Source: a virus (taxonomy: Duplodnaviria > Heunggongvirae > Uroviricota > Caudoviricetes). From it: a stretch of 64,000 nucleotides of DNA. The number at the start of each line of letters is the position of its first letter. The first letter of the stretch is position 1. The DNA is taken from the IMG/VR virus record IMGVR_UViG_3300045988_007243; one strand, 5' to 3'. Both the position numbers and the translations under genes were made by a program. A model generated the notes under the pieces. The model saw only the letters and a program-made list of their open reading frames with translations, did not search any database and was not told the origin of the DNA. This document shows positions 1 through 12,593 of this stretch, piece by piece.

Positions 1-2938
<2,938 letters not shown>

Positions 2939-2939
<1 letters not shown>

Positions 2940-3178
2940 TACATTTTTCCTGCTCTTCTAAGTTCGTTGTAAGCAATTTCCTCTTTATACGACCTCTGAA
3001 TCTCAAGAAATTGTCTCAATGATAATAAATCAGAGAATGTCATAGCAAAGAGTTGGTCAAGTGTTTCTTTACACCCTTCCATACCATAAATAGCAAGCAC
3101 AAATTTCATCTCGTCTGCTTCTTCATAGGTTGCCTCTACAGCAGCATCAGTTAGTGGTGTCTGTAGAGTGTTACCCAT
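2939..3178 (-). CDS. tail assembly chaperone-like protein (second of pair)
   Basis: 79 aa acidic ORF between chaperone ORF and tape measure; conserved position. Confidence 0.4.
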
Positions 3179-3180
3179 GT

Positions 3181-3579
3181 TTACTGAGAAGTTAGGCTTT
3201 TGAAAATGCTTGCTTCGAAAAAACTTCCGAAGTTTGCCTCCAGCGCAAATGCTAAGTAATCAATAAACTCACCGTAGTTTGCTTGGAAGTACGTATCAAT
3301 ATTAAGTGGGAAGTCGTCAACAGTTGCCCCTTGAAATAATAAGGTAGCCATCTCTTCAAGGTTAATTTCTTCAATTCTGTCAAAACAAGCTTCAACAAGT
3401 TCTTTAAATGGAACCATTGGAGCTTCTTTCTTACCCTTGTCAGTCAGACTTGATAGCATCTGTGCAAAAGTTGGAACAACAATTTTACCCAACTTCATAG
3501 ACATCTTAATACCATCTCTTGCCCCAAGCAGAATGATATTCACTTTCTTACCGTTAATTACTCTAGATTCTGTTTTCAT
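3181..3579 (-). CDS. tail assembly chaperone-like protein
   Basis: 132 aa ORF between tube and tape measure genes; positional inference. Confidence 0.45.
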   Translation of the reverse strand: MKTESRVINGKKVNIILLGARDGIKMSMKLGKIVVPTFAQMLSSLTDKGKKEAPMVPFKELVEACFDRIEEINLEEMATLLFQGATVDDFPLNIDTYFQANYGEFIDYLAFALEANFGSFFEASIFKSLTSQ

Positions 3580-3603
3580 TGTGATTCCTTAATACTTTTA
3601 AAA

Positions 3604-3645
3604 GAAACAAAAAAGGGGAAGACCTTTTAAAGTCTCCCCCTTATA
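3604..3645 (-). terminator. intrinsic terminator after tail tube gene
   Basis: Minus-strand RNA forms GGGGGAGAC/GGTCTTCCCC hairpin followed by TTTTTTGTTTCTTTT. Confidence 0.55.
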
Positions 3646-3652
3646 GGATTTA

Positions 3653-4099
3653 TTAAACACTTGACGCTGGAATTGTAGAAGTGTAGTCTAACTTCTCACA
3701 ACCAAAAATCCAAGTTTTAGAGTTCTGGTCACGACCAAGTTCAATCTGCGGTAATTCCTGCAACCAAGCATTAATACCAGTTGCCAGAACAGAGCCTGAT
3801 GGGTCGTAGATTACGAAGTTAGAAGAGATATCTTCTTCAAGTTCCATATTGTCTTGTTTAGCTTGAATTGCAGAAAGCATCTGGTTAGAGAGAGAAGTCT
3901 GCATTAACTCAATCTCAATAGTACCTGTCTTGTCTGCATTTCTTGTCAGAGCAACTTGACCACCTGCACCAACAACTGGTGTCACAAGCGGTGATGTTCT
4001 CTGTAGACGCAAGAATGAATCTGGGGCAAAGCCTTCAATGGCAATACCATTCCAGCTACATACAACGTCTTTAGGGGAATATTGCTGATACATAGCCAT
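3653..4099 (-). CDS. tail tube protein
   Basis: 148 aa ORF directly downstream of sheath-sized gene and followed by a strong terminator; positional/size inference. Confidence 0.5.
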   Translation of the reverse strand: MAMYQQYSPKDVVCSWNGIAIEGFAPDSFLRLQRTSPLVTPVVGAGGQVALTRNADKTGTIEIELMQTSLSNQMLSAIQAKQDNMELEEDISSNFVIYDPSGSVLATGINAWLQELPQIELGRDQNSKTWIFGCEKLDYTSTIPASSV

Positions 4100-4114
4100 T
4101 CCAATTTACCTCTA

Positions 4115-5467
4115 TTATTCGTAAGCCACTGTACCTTTCAAGTCAACATCCAAGATAGCCCCTGCTAAGATACCTGCGAAGGTAATATCTTTCAGGATAC
4201 GAGCTTTCTTGTCTGCCAAAGCAACTTGAGAGGCTTTAGGAACATTAACTGTGTAAGATGACAGGAAGTTTCTGTTGACTGCTCTTTGCAGAGAGGTTTC
4301 AATGACTTGACGAATACGAGTAATACCAGTATCATCATAAGTAATCTTACCACCCTTCTGGTTAATTAGCAAGTCTCTCAGAGCAGTTTTCAGGTCTGAT
4401 TCTAACCAGTCAACACCACGGACGATATCAATCCATTCCCCACCAGAAGTAATCCCTCTACGAACCACTGGAACACCACCATCAAGGTCAATAAAGTTAC
4501 AGTGACGTGCATCTAAAGCAGATTTCTGAATACTTGTTAGTGGTCTCTTATTAGTTGGTTGTAGAGAAGCAGCTACACCAGTGAGCTGTGCATTACCCCA
4601 AGCAATTGACCCTGCATCATATGGAGCACCATAAGCAATGTATGCCATTTCTGGATAGTCTTCTGCTGCTGTGTGATGCCACAAACAAACTGTACGAGTG
4701 TACATGCTCTTAGCAAGCTGTGCTGGAACATCATTTGCACTAGCCAATTCTGTGCCCTGTAGTGCTGTTACATCTGAGTTAGCTGTAAAGAAGATTTTCT
4801 TACGAGCTTGAATCTCAGAAGCCATTGCTAAGACAAACTGTTGAGTTCTATCTTCTGCTGCAATGAAATACCAGTCAGTAGAATAAGCTTCAATGGCTGC
4901 CAGAGCGGTTGCTGCGGTATCGGCAGTTGTACTTGCAATATATACAGTCTGTGCTGTGGTTGTTGCTTTCACAAAGTCATTATCACCAGATTTGGTAATA
5001 ATCATTGTAGCAGAACCAGCACTACCAGTTACGTTCACAGAAACCTTATCTTTGATTGTTGGGTCAGCTTCAATCTGTGTTTTAAACTGTTGCAAAACTA
5101 CCTCAGCAGTATCTGAGCTTTGTGCTGTATACTGGAGTGGTTGAGAGATTCCACCACCAACAGCTACAGTAATTGAGTAGTCTGTGCTTTCAGTAACGGC
5201 ATCAGGAATTGATACAGTGTACTGCATAGCACGTCTACCAATATAAAGCTGAGTTACTTTAGGAGTCTGACTCCAAAGTTGTTTAGCAGCCTTATATGCA
5301 GCAGACCTCTCATCGAAATCTTCAGCAACTTCAGTTAAGGAAGTGTAGCCACGTACTCTTTCTTCAAAGTTATCTGTTGAAGCTAAGAATAGTGGCAAAC
5401 CAAAACCTTCTCTTGTAGTTCCTGCGGTGTTCAATGTAATATCTACATTAACAATTGGATTCCACAT
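4115..5467 (-). CDS. tail sheath protein
   Basis: 450 aa, position upstream of tube/chaperones/tape measure; composition typical of sheath-like proteins. Confidence 0.5.
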   Translation of the reverse strand: MWNPIVNVDITLNTAGTTREGFGLPLFLASTDNFEERVRGYTSLTEVAEDFDERSAAYKAAKQLWSQTPKVTQLYIGRRAMQYTVSIPDAVTESTDYSITVAVGGGISQPLQYTAQSSDTAEVVLQQFKTQIEADPTIKDKVSVNVTGSAGSATMIITKSGDNDFVKATTTAQTVYIASTTADTAATALAAIEAYSTDWYFIAAEDRTQQFVLAMASEIQARKKIFFTANSDVTALQGTELASANDVPAQLAKSMYTRTVCLWHHTAAEDYPEMAYIAYGAPYDAGSIAWGNAQLTGVAASLQPTNKRPLTSIQKSALDARHCNFIDLDGGVPVVRRGITSGGEWIDIVRGVDWLESDLKTALRDLLINQKGGKITYDDTGITRIRQVIETSLQRAVNRNFLSSYTVNVPKASQVALADKKARILKDITFAGILAGAILDVDLKGTVAYE

Positions 5468-6067
5468 TTATTTTACCCCTTTGGAGTCTACATCTAGATG
5501 GATAGTATATTCTGGTGGCTCTTGTCCTTCTTCGTAAACTAACTCACCATCAGCAATGACACGCTCAATAATACTTCCACGTTCATCTTTCAGGACTGAA
5601 TTTTTTACAAGAGTTACAACAAGAGGTGCAGAATTTTCGAAATCTGTATTGAGATAAGTATAGTCATTCGGGATTGCTCCAGTATCTAGTACTGTGGCCC
5701 CCGTTTCTTCAAGGATTAAATCTCTGACTGAACTCATCTCTAATCGTTGTTTAAGCTCAAGCATGATACTGTGAGCACCCTTACCATTTACCGTAATCAA
5801 TACAGGAATCTGAAAAGCAATTCTGTAGCAAACTACATCATCCTCAACAAACTTATCAAGAACCCAACCATAAGGTGTTGCAGCATCTTGACAGTATACG
5901 GTAATAAATGGCTGGTCAGGTTTTAAACCTTTGTCATTTGAGTTATCAGAAGGGTAAGCTCTAATTACATTCGGTCTATTATTTTTATCACGAGCTAGTC
6001 TGTGACCAATAACATCCACTAAGGTTCTAACTAGACCTTTTTCAAGTTCTGCTGTTTCTAACTGCAT
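5468..6067 (-). CDS. neck/tail completion protein (hypothetical)
   Basis: 199 aa ORF between head and tail modules. Confidence 0.3.
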   Translation of the reverse strand: MQLETAELEKGLVRTLVDVIGHRLARDKNNRPNVIRAYPSDNSNDKGLKPDQPFITVYCQDAATPYGWVLDKFVEDDVVCYRIAFQIPVLITVNGKGAHSIMLELKQRLEMSSVRDLILEETGATVLDTGAIPNDYTYLNTDFENSAPLVVTLVKNSVLKDERGSIIERVIADGELVYEEGQEPPEYTIHLDVDSKGVK

Positions 6068-6443
6068 TCATTTTATCCCTTCTAATAATGATATATTCAT
6101 AATGGGACGTATGGGCTAATTGCTGTGACCAATCCATAGTCATAAATACTTCATACTCATGACCATCAATCATAACAATGTCAGACTCATTCCACTCTAC
6201 ATCGTCTGAAGTTCTAAGTTTATATGTGGTATACAGGATTCTTGTATCGGTAAGTCTAATACCCTCCGGTAAAGCAATCTGTGTACCATTCTTTACAGAA
6301 CCTTTGATATATGGCTGGATATTACCTTTACAGTTAACCTCAACAATATCTTGTGAAGCTACCCAATCACCATCATCATTATAATAACCGTCTTCAGAGA
6401 CTTTACGCTTTACTACAAAGCTGTGTCTGTTTAAGAGTCTCAT
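6042..6443 (-). CDS. neck protein (hypothetical)
   Basis: 133 aa ORF in head-tail joining region. Confidence 0.3.
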   Translation of the reverse strand: MRLLNRHSFVVKRKVSEDGYYNDDGDWVASQDIVEVNCKGNIQPYIKGSVKNGTQIALPEGIRLTDTRILYTTYKLRTSDDVEWNESDIVMIDGHEYEVFMTMDWSQQLAHTSHYEYIIIRRDKMNAVRNSRT

Positions 6444-6922
6444 TTCTTAATACCCTTCTTAGTAGAAATTTTATAAGCAAGGTTATCCCTTAAGTCACCT
6501 GTCTCAACAAGAGGTGCGTTAAAGCCTTTTTTCTTGACTGTGGAAGGTGCATTAGGAGGGAGGATAGCAGAATTACCAAAACCCCTTTTAATTGCCTTTT
6601 GAGCATTCTTTGCAAATGCTTCTAAGGTATCTGAAGGGTCTGTGTTGAGACTGCTAAGTTGCTTATATAGATTCTTCTTAGTCTGCTCTAACAAGGCCTG
6701 TTTGTTTAGCATCATAGTGATTTCAAACAACCTACGATATACTTTACCAGAAGCTGAAGGAACCCCAATAACTTCTTGTAAATACATTAAAGCAGGATAA
6801 GAAAAACCAGAGCTATGTTGACCTTGTTCTTGAAAATACCCAACTTGAGCATTAGCCGTTTGCAAGTTCTTCATAGCCCCGACTAATTTTGCTCTAGCGG
6901 GGTGAATAACCCTTTTAACCAT
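6440..6922 (-). CDS. head-tail adaptor-like protein (hypothetical)
   Basis: 160 aa ORF, position after capsid gene. Confidence 0.3.
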   Translation of the reverse strand: MVKRVIHPARAKLVGAMKNLQTANAQVGYFQEQGQHSSGFSYPALMYLQEVIGVPSASGKVYRRLFEITMMLNKQALLEQTKKNLYKQLSSLNTDPSDTLEAFAKNAQKAIKRGFGNSAILPPNAPSTVKKKGFNAPLVETGDLRDNLAYKISTKKGIKK

Positions 6923-7371
6923 TATTCATCTCGCTCGATAATAAATACGCCATTAACACGGTTGCAGTAATCTCTGCCTTCGTATCTGGCAGCATCACCA
7001 TATTCTGTGTATTTCTTGACAGAGCAAGGATTCTGACGACGCATGTCAATATCACACTGATTAATACCACCTGCATAGGGTAGTCCTGAAACAGAGCTTT
7101 TAACAAGGTCATCATAAACAGCTTTCAGAGATTTGAATCTGGAAGAGTTACGCAAGTAAACACCACCAACCTTCTCATCTCCCATCTTGGCTACTTGAAA
7201 GAGTAAATATTTAAGAGCTTTGATGGCTGCTTTCTTTTCATCCTTTCCAGATTCTAGATAGAACCACTCTAGCACAGACTGCTCAATAAGAATCTCATCA
7301 TTATTGGTGTCTGTGCAGAGGATTCTTACTCTATCAAGAGGGTTATTGGCTGGGTCGCCTGTATAACACAT
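6922..7371 (-). CDS. head completion/connector-like protein (hypothetical)
   Basis: 149 aa ORF immediately downstream of major capsid gene. Confidence 0.3.
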   Translation of the reverse strand: MCYTGDPANNPLDRVRILCTDTNNDEILIEQSVLEWFYLESGKDEKKAAIKALKYLLFQVAKMGDEKVGGVYLRNSSRFKSLKAVYDDLVKSSVSGLPYAGGINQCDIDMRRQNPCSVKKYTEYGDAARYEGRDYCNRVNGVFIIERDE

Positions 7372-7391
7372 TCATAACCCTCCTAAGTTTA

Positions 7392-8498
7392 TCAGCCACC
7401 TTTAGCGTCAGAACGAACATCTACCAGCAACTGAGGACGTGTGCAGTATGGCAGCATGTAAGAGTGAGCTTCAAAGTCAATACCTTCGTCACGGTCTTTT
7501 TCGTATTCGAATACGTACAGTTCCTGACCAAGTGTATTTGCATAACCCATCTTAGGACATGGACCATATGCCACTTCGAAGATGTTGTTTGCTTCACCCA
7601 GCATAGAAACGTTAGGGAAAGCATGACCTACACCAACAGTTGCTGCTACACCATCAATGCTCACCAGAGTGTGAACCTTACCACGCTTGTCTTTGAACTT
7701 ACCGTTGTACTGGACAAACTTAACACCACCGTAGTAGAAAGTGTTCATATGAGCCTGAACGCCGTCAGTACCACCAGTTCTCAGAGAACCAGTAATCTGC
7801 TGCCAAGCCAGTGGAGTCTGCTGTGCAAGATAAGCGTCACGAATCTTAGGATGCTTAACAAGTTTGCTGAAGAATACACGGTCAACGACTACGTGAATTT
7901 CTTCACCGTTGATTACAGTGCCAGTCTTAGCTTCGTCTTCCATGTGCATACGCAGTTCTTCAATAGCAGCGTCAATGTCAGCATTAGGATTGTCAAGGTC
8001 GAAGTGAATAGTCTTCTTCTCGACGTCGAACTGCTTGTACAGGTCAGCGTACAGAGTACCACGAGCATCAACAACTTTACCCTTCAGAGCTTGCATAAAC
8101 AGGAACTCACGAGTAATATCGAACTTGGTACGAATCTTCATCAGCTTCTTAGCACGTACTACAGCTTCGGTAGTCAGTTCGTTTGCAGTGCCTGGCTGAC
8201 GTACACCCTGAATTTCATCAGGAGTGATGCTTTCAACTTCTTTGAAGTACATCATTGGGAAGCTGATTTGACGAACACGCTCAGGTGCGCTAGTCTCTGC
8301 TTTACGGCTATCACGGTCTACCGCATCAAGCAAGCTAACATCCCAATCAGTCAAGTCCATAAGGAAAGTAGTTTGGGTGATTGGTGCTGAACGGAACAGA
8401 CCTAAGTTGGAAATATACCCATAAGTATTTGGGATAGACTGGACTTCACCAGTCAGGTCAGCAAGGAAAAATCTGCTTTTTTCAGAATTAGTCAACAT
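7392..8498 (-). CDS. major capsid protein (lambda gpE-like family)
   Basis: 368 aa; size, sequence character and position after protease/scaffold and decoration-like gene match lambda E-type capsid proteins. Confidence 0.75.
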   Translation of the reverse strand: MLTNSEKSRFFLADLTGEVQSIPNTYGYISNLGLFRSAPITQTTFLMDLTDWDVSLLDAVDRDSRKAETSAPERVRQISFPMMYFKEVESITPDEIQGVRQPGTANELTTEAVVRAKKLMKIRTKFDITREFLFMQALKGKVVDARGTLYADLYKQFDVEKKTIHFDLDNPNADIDAAIEELRMHMEDEAKTGTVINGEEIHVVVDRVFFSKLVKHPKIRDAYLAQQTPLAWQQITGSLRTGGTDGVQAHMNTFYYGGVKFVQYNGKFKDKRGKVHTLVSIDGVAATVGVGHAFPNVSMLGEANNIFEVAYGPCPKMGYANTLGQELYVFEYEKDRDEGIDFEAHSYMLPYCTRPQLLVDVRSDAKGG

Positions 8499-8531
8499 TG
8501 TAAAATTCTCCAGAATGTCTTATTATTGTTA

Positions 8532-8909
8532 TTACAGGCCAGTTGGTACGAAATCAATACCTTTAGCAGCCAGAGCTGTCTTGACTGCATCAGCATCAAC
8601 ACCTGATTCAAGAGTAAGCAGGTCTTTTAGTTCTGCGTCACGGTAAATACCAACCACTTTCAACTGACCGTGGTAAGACAGTTGCAGGTCTGCATAAAAG
8701 TTAACGATACATACTGAATCAGCCTGAGCTTCTTGCCCTGCTGTAACCTTAGTACCATCTGCTTTCAGAACTTCACCTACACGGTATTCTGTTGAAGCAA
8801 CCGGAGTGTACTCTTTGCGAGAGTGGCCTGTTGGGGTAATCTGTTCCCAAAGAATGATATCATTCAGAGGTTCTCTGTTACCTAACTTAGTAAAACCTTG
8901 ATATGCCAT
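8532..8909 (-). CDS. head decoration-like protein
   Basis: 125 aa ORF between protease/scaffold and major capsid, as lambda gpD is. Confidence 0.45.
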   Translation of the reverse strand: MAYQGFTKLGNREPLNDIILWEQITPTGHSRKEYTPVASTEYRVGEVLKADGTKVTAGQEAQADSVCIVNFYADLQLSYHGQLKVVGIYRDAELKDLLTLESGVDADAVKTALAAKGIDFVPTGL

Positions 8910-8920
8910 TATTGTGTTCC

Positions 8921-10267
8921 TTATTTGATAAGAGATTTTAGAGCATTCTGGAGAGCCAGTTTGCGTTGTTCAGCGGTGTCTTCGGAAGCATTTTTAGCTG
9001 GTTCTTTTTCTTCTTCAACCAAATCAGCTTCGCCGTCATTACCCACTTCTTCCATAGCGTTGGAATGTTCAAGAACAGCACCAGCAGTTTCTTTCAACTT
9101 GGTAATTTCTGATTCTTTTTCTTCCATTGCAGAAGCATGGGACGCGATAGTTTCATTAAGTTTCTGGTTAGCACCTTCCATAGCATTCATAAACAGAACA
9201 CTCAGAGGGTTATCAAGACCAGCACCTAAAATAGTCGTTGCAGCTTCTTTTGCATCAAATCCAAAAGCTTCAGCAGAAGCAGAAATCTTGTTAGTCAAAT
9301 CTGACAAAGCAGCTTCCTGTTCTTTAGCTTTCATTTGAGCAACCTGAAGACGCAAAGCTTCTAGTTCTTGCTTTTCTTGTTCAGTCATTTCTTCACCTGA
9401 ATTGTTAACGTTTAAACTTACAGGAGCCTCTTCAGAACCTTGTAAGTAATTTAAGAAATCATCTTGAGACATGATTGAGTTAATTAAACCAAGTTCAAGA
9501 GCTTCCTGAGCAGAATAAACATTCGCCTCAGTATTCTTTACAGCTTCTTCAGAGAGATTACGAGATTCGGCTACAAAACCTGTAAAGGTTGCGTAGGTAT
9601 CATTAATTCTCTTTTGAAGTCTTTCTTTGCTTTCTTCTGAGAGTGCTTGGAATGGTGAACCCATGCCTTTAAACTCACCAGCTTTGATGACGTTAATTGT
9701 TACGCCATTCTTTTCAAATGCCTTAGTTAATTCCTGATGAACCATAATTACACCAATAGAACCAACATCTGCATCTGGTGATGCAATAATTTCTTCAGCA
9801 GAAGATGCAAGAGCATATGCAGCGGAACAAGCGAACTCATCTACATAGGCAATAATTTTCTTTTGGCCTCTTGAAGCCATAATGTGACGTGCTAATTCAA
9901 AGCAACCTGAAGCTTCACCACCACCAGAATCAATGTGCAGAACAATAGTCTTAATTGACTCATCTGCTAAAGCTTCGTCAAAGCCTCTACGCAAACCTTC
10001 ATAAGAGCTTAGTCCACCTGTACACATTGCATCAATGAATGTCATACGATGGGTTAAACCACCCATAATAGGGATAATAGCAATGTCATCTTTTACTTTT
10101 AAAAGACTTCTTGCTTCACCTTTGGGTTTATCAAAGTTTACTGCTGCTTGGACATCACCCAGCAATCTGTTATTCACATAAGTTGCTGCTGAGTGAGCTA
10201 ATGATTCAGTGGCTAGTAAAGGTTGGTTGAATAATCTATCAGCAAGTCTGAAGATATTCGAACTCAT
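8921..10267 (-). CDS. prohead protease (S49/SppA-ClpP-like) with C-terminal scaffold-like acidic coiled-coil
   Basis: N-terminal half carries S49-type motifs (IMGGLTH..., IDSGGGEASG); C-terminal ~180 aa is Glu/Ala/Lys-rich helical. Confidence 0.75.
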   Translation of the reverse strand: MSSNIFRLADRLFNQPLLATESLAHSAATYVNNRLLGDVQAAVNFDKPKGEARSLLKVKDDIAIIPIMGGLTHRMTFIDAMCTGGLSSYEGLRRGFDEALADESIKTIVLHIDSGGGEASGCFELARHIMASRGQKKIIAYVDEFACSAAYALASSAEEIIASPDADVGSIGVIMVHQELTKAFEKNGVTINVIKAGEFKGMGSPFQALSEESKERLQKRINDTYATFTGFVAESRNLSEEAVKNTEANVYSAQEALELGLINSIMSQDDFLNYLQGSEEAPVSLNVNNSGEEMTEQEKQELEALRLQVAQMKAKEQEAALSDLTNKISASAEAFGFDAKEAATTILGAGLDNPLSVLFMNAMEGANQKLNETIASHASAMEEKESEITKLKETAGAVLEHSNAMEEVGNDGEADLVEEEKEPAKNASEDTAEQRKLALQNALKSLIK

Positions 10268-10278
10268 TTTTACTCACC

Positions 10279-10611
10279 CTATTTGTTTAAATCTACAGAG
10301 ACTGAAGAGATAACATAGATACCTTCTTCAGCGAAGAATTGAGGTTTGCTAAGAGCACCAGTTGCCACGCATTTATCGTTAGCATCCCACAAGCTATAGT
10401 GTGAGACCGTTGCAGAAGCTGGAACAGTAATGTTAACTGTGTCTTCTGAGGCAATTAAGCCATTATCCGGTTCAGAAAAATAAATAGCCACTGGCTGAGT
10501 AACCTTATTTGCTGTAGGGTCTGCCGTTGGGTCTACATTGTGTAAAATAATAGTCGTTGGGGTTAGCGTGGCGAGGATTTTATTCTTACCATCAATAGTT
10601 AATGTTCCCAT
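10279..10611 (-). CDS. hypothetical protein
   Basis: 110 aa ORF between portal and protease genes. Confidence 0.3.
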   Translation of the reverse strand: MGTLTIDGKNKILATLTPTTIILHNVDPTADPTANKVTQPVAIYFSEPDNGLIASEDTVNITVPASATVSHYSLWDANDKCVATGALSKPQFFAEEGIYVISSVSVDLNK

Positions 10612-11111
10612 TAATTAAACCTTACTTTTTGTTTAAGGACTGTTGAATGGTTACCAGATTCATCTACCACATTTACAATCATATCATCTACTTTACCTTT
10701 GACAAGTACTTTGTAATCATTTTGTGAAAAAATGTATTCAAGTCTGTTTGTTTCTTTATTAACTGTCATTGGAGATTGAAATGCAGTGTCGAGGGTAATG
10801 AAAGCGGCTTCAATGCTTTTAACATTGATACGTTTATTCTCGCAGTTATATAACTTTACACCCAAAAGGCATGAACTGTCAAATGGAATTTTAACAATTT
10901 CACTACAATTTCCTGAAATAAACGGTTTTCCACTCATTGGAGCATCAAGTAACCTACAAATAGTGAAAACGTCAGAGGTTCCACCGTCACTTACGTAACC
11001 TGAAAGGCTGACCCTTGAGCCAGCCTCTACAGATAATTTGTCAGTGATAATAAGAACACCTCTATACGAATGCACTCGTGTAGCATTTGAAATAGAGATA
11101 ACTTCAGCCAT
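10611..11111 (-). CDS. hypothetical protein
   Basis: 166 aa ORF between portal and protease genes. Confidence 0.3.
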   Translation of the reverse strand: MAEVISISNATRVHSYRGVLIITDKLSVEAGSRVSLSGYVSDGGTSDVFTICRLLDAPMSGKPFISGNCSEIVKIPFDSSCLLGVKLYNCENKRINVKSIEAAFITLDTAFQSPMTVNKETNRLEYIFSQNDYKVLVKGKVDDMIVNVVDESGNHSTVLKQKVRFN

Positions 11112-12586
11112 TATTTATTTGCCTTATTTGCTGTGCTTGGGTCTTTCGCTGAAGGTGTCTTTGCAGTACCTTCTCCAGCGGTCTTATAACCATCTCCTGA
11201 ACGGCTTTGGCTATTTGGAGAAAGCTTTTCAGATACTGGCTGAGACTCATCAGCAGGAGGAAGACCAATATGCTCTCTAAGCTTGTTAGATAGCTCTTTG
11301 TCAACTTCCAAAGCACCTACTGCAACAGTCTTCTGAATATAAGAACCAATTGCTTCAAGGTCTGGAGTTTCGATATCATCATATGTGATTTGTACATGTT
11401 CTTCATCGTCCCACATATTAAGAGCATAAGTCTGTGCAACTAAATCACGGTTAATTACGTTCTTAATTTGCTTCAGCAGAATATCTACTGACATTGCTAG
11501 TAAGCTTGTCTTAGAATCTGCAAGAGAGAATGAACCGTATTTTGACTGACCCATAGCAAGAACATCTGACATAAATGCCATCATAATCTGCTTGGAATAT
11601 CTGTCAATAATAGAACCTGTATCGTATGCTTTAGCACCCTGTCTAGAAACTAATGAGAACTCAAAAATATCCTCTTTAGTATCTGGGTCGATATATCTAG
11701 GCCAGATTAAACCTGCTCTGTCATTAGCAATCATATCGTTAACAACAGTTTTGCAGTATTGTACGAAAGCTTTCTTTTCAGGTTCTGCATTTTCATCCAG
11801 ATAATCTGGTGGTAAACCAATCTTTGGCATACCTACCAAGTCTCTTGAAACACCAACAGCTTCATACTCTTCAATCTGAACTTTATACTTCCACGGTACA
11901 TAAGCATTAAGTAATGGTGAACGACCTTCTGGATTTCCATATTCATCGTCATACTTAAACAGCATGAATTTAGCTCGTGGAAGTTTTCTTGTCAGTGGTC
12001 TTTCTCCGAGATTAATTGCTCCAGCAATATGTGAAACATTTCTAAGATTCTGTCTAACACCAGTAACTTTTCTAAAGTCTTCGTCAAAATACCACTTATC
12101 AAGTGTTGATTGGTTTCTGATTGGTAATTTAGCCCATCCAATTAGACCATCATCAAATTTTGACTGGTACTTTCCTTTTTTACCCTGTCGCTTCTTATAA
12201 ACTTTCTCGTTAACACAGAACCCATAAGTGCAGAATGACATTACAGAATTAATAAAATCTGCCCAATCATGCTCCATGTCATCCATTAAAGAATTAAAGA
12301 AGTCTGCTCTTTCAAGCATTTTAGGGTCTTGCTCTTTTCCCTTTGGAGGTACGAATCTCCAGTTGACTTTTCTGACAAACATCTTAATAATATTTACAGA
12401 TGCTGCTACAGCAGGGTCACGCATCATTAATTGGAAAGTTTTAATACTTTCAGGGAACCTTAGTGCCTGACGAGGTTCTTCATAGATTCTTCCATTCTTA
12501 ACCTTCAGACCCAAAGAACCTACTTCACCCATTCTAAATGGTGGTAAGCTTTCTTGTGTTTCTGTAATATCTGCCATTCTTCTCAC
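11111..12586 (-). CDS. portal protein
   Basis: 491 aa ORF immediately downstream of large terminase, upstream of protease. Confidence 0.7.
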   Translation of the reverse strand: MRRMADITETQESLPPFRMGEVGSLGLKVKNGRIYEEPRQALRFPESIKTFQLMMRDPAVAASVNIIKMFVRKVNWRFVPPKGKEQDPKMLERADFFNSLMDDMEHDWADFINSVMSFCTYGFCVNEKVYKKRQGKKGKYQSKFDDGLIGWAKLPIRNQSTLDKWYFDEDFRKVTGVRQNLRNVSHIAGAINLGERPLTRKLPRAKFMLFKYDDEYGNPEGRSPLLNAYVPWKYKVQIEEYEAVGVSRDLVGMPKIGLPPDYLDENAEPEKKAFVQYCKTVVNDMIANDRAGLIWPRYIDPDTKEDIFEFSLVSRQGAKAYDTGSIIDRYSKQIMMAFMSDVLAMGQSKYGSFSLADSKTSLLAMSVDILLKQIKNVINRDLVAQTYALNMWDDEEHVQITYDDIETPDLEAIGSYIQKTVAVGALEVDKELSNKLREHIGLPPADESQPVSEKLSPNSQSRSGDGYKTAGEGTAKTPSAKDPSTANKANK

Positions 12587-12593
12587 CTAGCTA

